Positions 60,521 to 64,000 of a DNA stretch of 64,000 bases are shown here, in pieces. Each line of letters begins with the position of its first letter. The stretch's first letter is position 1. This stretch comes from Auanema rhodensis (taxonomy: Eukaryota; Animalia; Nematoda). The stretch lies in the NCBI GenBank assembly GCA_964057225.1, contig OZ059896.1:10292001-10356000 (forward strand), given 5' to 3'. The position numbers were made by a program, and so were the translations under genes. Below the pieces are notes generated by a model, which was given only the letters and a program-made list of their open reading frames with translations, made no database searches and was not told the DNA's origin.

Positions 60521-60841
60521 CGGAAACGACAAATTTTCATGTGAATTTGTCAACTTAACAAATCGGAAATGTTACAATTCAACCAAATATGTATATCAGA
60601 CGAACTTCCTTTTCCAAAATTAAAAATATACCAAAATATCTTACGGAATAAATAAGAACAACCATTTTAGACAACTAGTATAAAAAATAAAATGAAACTG
60701 TCACAAAGTGACAACTTATGTTATTTTCGGAAAGGCACTGGAATGATTATATCCATAATTTTCTACGGAACATTATAAAACGGAACACAAATGGAAAAAA
60801 AATGGAAATGTTTGGAAACTCGGAGATGAACGGAGGGAAGT
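60521..60841 (+). promoter_or_regulatory. Homotypic cluster of CGGAA (ETS-core-like) motifs, putative enhancer
   Basis: CGGAA at 60521, 60564, 60644, 60728, 60766 and 60781, plus ACTTCCT (60604) and GGGAAGT (60835), in otherwise very AT-rich DNA. Confidence 0.5.
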
Positions 60842-62511
60842 AGTATGTGAAGTGTTAACAACATAGACAAGCCAAGAAAAACTAATTATCTCTTCAAGAA
60901 AGTATCAAATTTATAATTTTTCTTACATATGTATATTCATTCAAACATAGAGCAATTCAGTGTTTAAGCATATCATTGTCATTTCAAATCACATATAAAA
61001 GCATTAAGTAATCAATTTGATTAGTACGTGTTTTATCCATTTCTTCCGGACGACATGGCAAATTCCATGAAAAGTAATGTCATCTAAATTTAAGATTATC
61101 AAAGCAACTTCTAATAAACAAATACCTAATGTTTTAATTAAAAAATTCATAAACAATATAAGTTTTAATTTTGAAAAGTAAAATTCGAAAAAAAATGTCT
61201 ATTCAATACAAATGAATGACTGGGTAAATATACATAGATATGTTTGATGATTAAAAACGTTTTTCAGCATATATACATTGAATACATATAATCTTCATGC
61301 TTATAACTTGCAAGGTAAAAAGAAACCTATAGCTAATTGTTTTTATTATACTTTTAGCACATTCTATTAAATAAATTTAAACACGATGTGATAAAAAATA
61401 CTAAAAAATTACTATTTGCATCAGTAAATATTCATTGAAGCTTCCTATTACGGCCCCATTAAGCGTAATCAACAAGAAAAAACTAACCAACTAGAAATTT
61501 TTCAAAAGAAAAATATTTTTTTTGATAGTTTTAAATAATTTGATTATCTTTTCTTATTCTTTCATCCTCTTTTAGAAATAAATTAAATATTAAACTATTC
61601 AGGAGACAAAATACTGTCACCAACTTTGAAGCTGATTCATCTCAAATTGGAACACAACATTTATTTGAGAAACGTATTACATAAATGATTTTCGAGAATT
61701 GTGAATTGGCAAAATACCTCTATGTATTAAATGCATTAAACCAAATTTAATCAACGATTTATGTTTTTCTAATTCAATTATCATAGCAGACTGAATTAAT
61801 TTTTAAAAAAGTGTTCTATTTAACTAGTACAATTGGCAAATAATGTCAGTAACATATTCCTAAATGAATAAAAAACAAAAGACTTCTAAAAACGTATTCT
61901 ATAATGAAATGCTACAGACTGAAGTCTAAATTACAAAATTTTAAATAACTGGACGAATAAAATAGTTCCTTATCGATTTCTCATATTCACATCCATCAAT
62001 ATCTTATCACTTTGTTCTCTTGCTTGGTCGATAATGAACATTTCATTTAGTTTTTTTTCCTACTAATATGATTATAAATATTGTCTTTTACTTTAATCTG
62101 CGTCCGAGTTATATTTTAACTATTGAACCGTATTGTTTCACACATTTTTTGTCAATTCTCATTTAAGATTCCAACTGATCCAAAGAAGCATTATGACAAC
62201 TTCAACTACTAACGAATACATAAAAATAGTTAGTTTTTCACCACTTCCGCAAACTTTTAAAAAATTGCATAAATTATCGATAAGAGTTCATAGCTATTTT
62301 AATTAACCTGAGGCATTGTTTGATTACACAGTTCCTGATACATTTTTATCTGTAAAGAACGCGACGCGTACTTGCGACCATTCATGCTGCGAAAAGCAAA
62401 CTTTATTTCCTTATTTCCAGTATGCGCTAACTTTTAATGATATCTTGCGTTCTAACCATATTTCATAGTTTATACATTTTTTAGGCTAACATAAATTTGC
62501 CCGAGTATTCA

Positions 62512-63629
62512 ATGGAGGATCGATCAACTGATAATACTCCTGATAGCCCACAGCATCAGAGTACAGAGTGAGTAGTTTTAAGAGTGTGATACTTAATTCC
62601 CCTATGCATTGTCTATTTCAAATTACTCCCTTTTTTGCTATGGGGTTATGCAAATTTTATAGTCAATTCACTGAATGTATTTTATTATTTTTGCTTTCCT
62701 CTGAAAAATATGATTAGGTTGGCATTTTAACTTTTTTTTTGTTCCTACTTTGCTTAATTGAAATTTTTCAGCACTAAAGGGCTTCATCTTTACTCAGTTT
62801 TGGAAATTGACAAGAAAGCAACTGAAGATGATATTAAAAAAGCTTATAGAAAGTTGGCTTTGAAATACCATCCTGATAAAAATTTGGATGGAGATCCAGA
62901 GAAAACTGAAAAGGTTTGTCTCTAATATTTCATATTATTTTATGTTTTTTTAACATTTTGTTTCAGTTCAAGGAAATAAATTATGCAAACGCAGTGCTAT
63001 CAAATCCCAAGAAACGAGCAGTTCGTTTATTATTTTAACGAAAATCTATATAAGACTTTTAGATATACGACGAATTGGGAGAAACAGGCTTGAAGCTAAT
63101 GGAACAATTGGGTGAAGATAATGAAACCATTTTGAATTGGATGATTAAGCCATGGTTCAAAGTATGACGGAAAACATGTGCTGATACATATATGATATTT
63201 CAGTGGACTTTCGGCATTATCGGTTGTGTAACGCTAGGATTCTTCTGTGGCTGTTGTGGTTGCATGTGTTGTTGTAAGTGTTGCTGCAATTTCTGCTGTG
63301 GAAAATATGTGCCAAAAGATCCAGATGAAGTATGGAATCACTTAAATTTTTTCTTTTCATCTATACTTTTCAGATGTATCAAGCATCAGATATGGATGAA
63401 ATGGAAAGAGGTGATAGCCCTCCCATAGTGGTTCAGCCTGATGCAAGCTCAATAAGAGGGCCAAATGGAGAAGAACCTGTTCGAGTATGTCTACATATAT
63501 AATTTTTTCTTCAACATAAAAGTCGAAATTTTGACAAAATTCTTTTAGCCAGCAGTAATAGCAATGCCTCCCCCACCTGAAGCTGGAGGATCGAATATCT
63601 ATGGGTCTATGGACGAAAATAGATCGTAA
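62512..63629 (+). CDS. dnj-14: Cysteine string protein (DNAJC5 ortholog)
   Basis: J-domain LYSVLEI...[17 protein letters not shown], then the cysteine string [22 protein letters not shown]. Confidence 0.96.
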
Positions 63630-64000
63630 AAGTCTAACATGGATCTGTCAACTCTAATTTATATTTTTATAGCTAATTCATTAAGGCGATGAAGTTAATA
63701 TTTAAATTAGTCATTCCTTCTGTCATTATCATTTCACTTAATATTAGGTATGTGCAATGAAAGCGGCCTAACTATTATTTTCTAATTTTAAGACAAATTA
63801 TTCAGTAACTAACGTGAGTTCGGAAATGCCAAAAGTTTGAACTTTTTAACAACCAAATTTAAATTTAGTTTACCTTAAATAAAACTTAATTCTTTTGATT
63901 AATCATTTCCGAACGTCTTTTGAAATTTTTGAAGATGCCTGAGAAACTGTTATGAATGATTAGTGCAAACATTGGAAAATGAGGGAAATTGCTTTTGTTT

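Overview
AT-rich, intron-dense nematode genomic DNA (rhabditid/clade V-like: most introns about 40-55 nt, TTTCAG/TTTTAG acceptors, operon-like gene spacing). The ORF track only shows exon fragments, so gene models were stitched by hand from splice sites. About 25 protein-coding genes are present. Left to right: a multi-SH3 protein, two nucleotide-sugar transporters (nstp-5-like, srf-3), an ARL14EP-domain gene with duplicated exon-intron modules, Asterix, a short ZFC3H1-like gene, an Skp1 paralog, an orphan with an OCRE-like tail, an MSP-domain gene, prp-18, the islo-1/pmk-3/pmk-2/pmk-1 p38 cluster, isp-1, sph-1, a full-length ABCA-like gene with both ATPase domains degenerate, an orphan, a second synaptophysin paralog, moc-3, NDUFB11, an orphan, pmp-4, a neuropeptide GPCR, a ~10 kb non-coding stretch, and dnj-14. 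Most notable: (1) six GC-AG introns, three of them consecutive in isp-1 and mostly with weak donor context; (2) an apparently intact but catalytically dead ABCA transporter; (3) paired miR-58/80-family seed sites in the pmk-2 3'UTR; (4) a same-strand cluster of CGGAA (ETS-like) motifs in the non-coding stretch. Orthology calls rest on recalled C. elegans and human sequences, not on a search.
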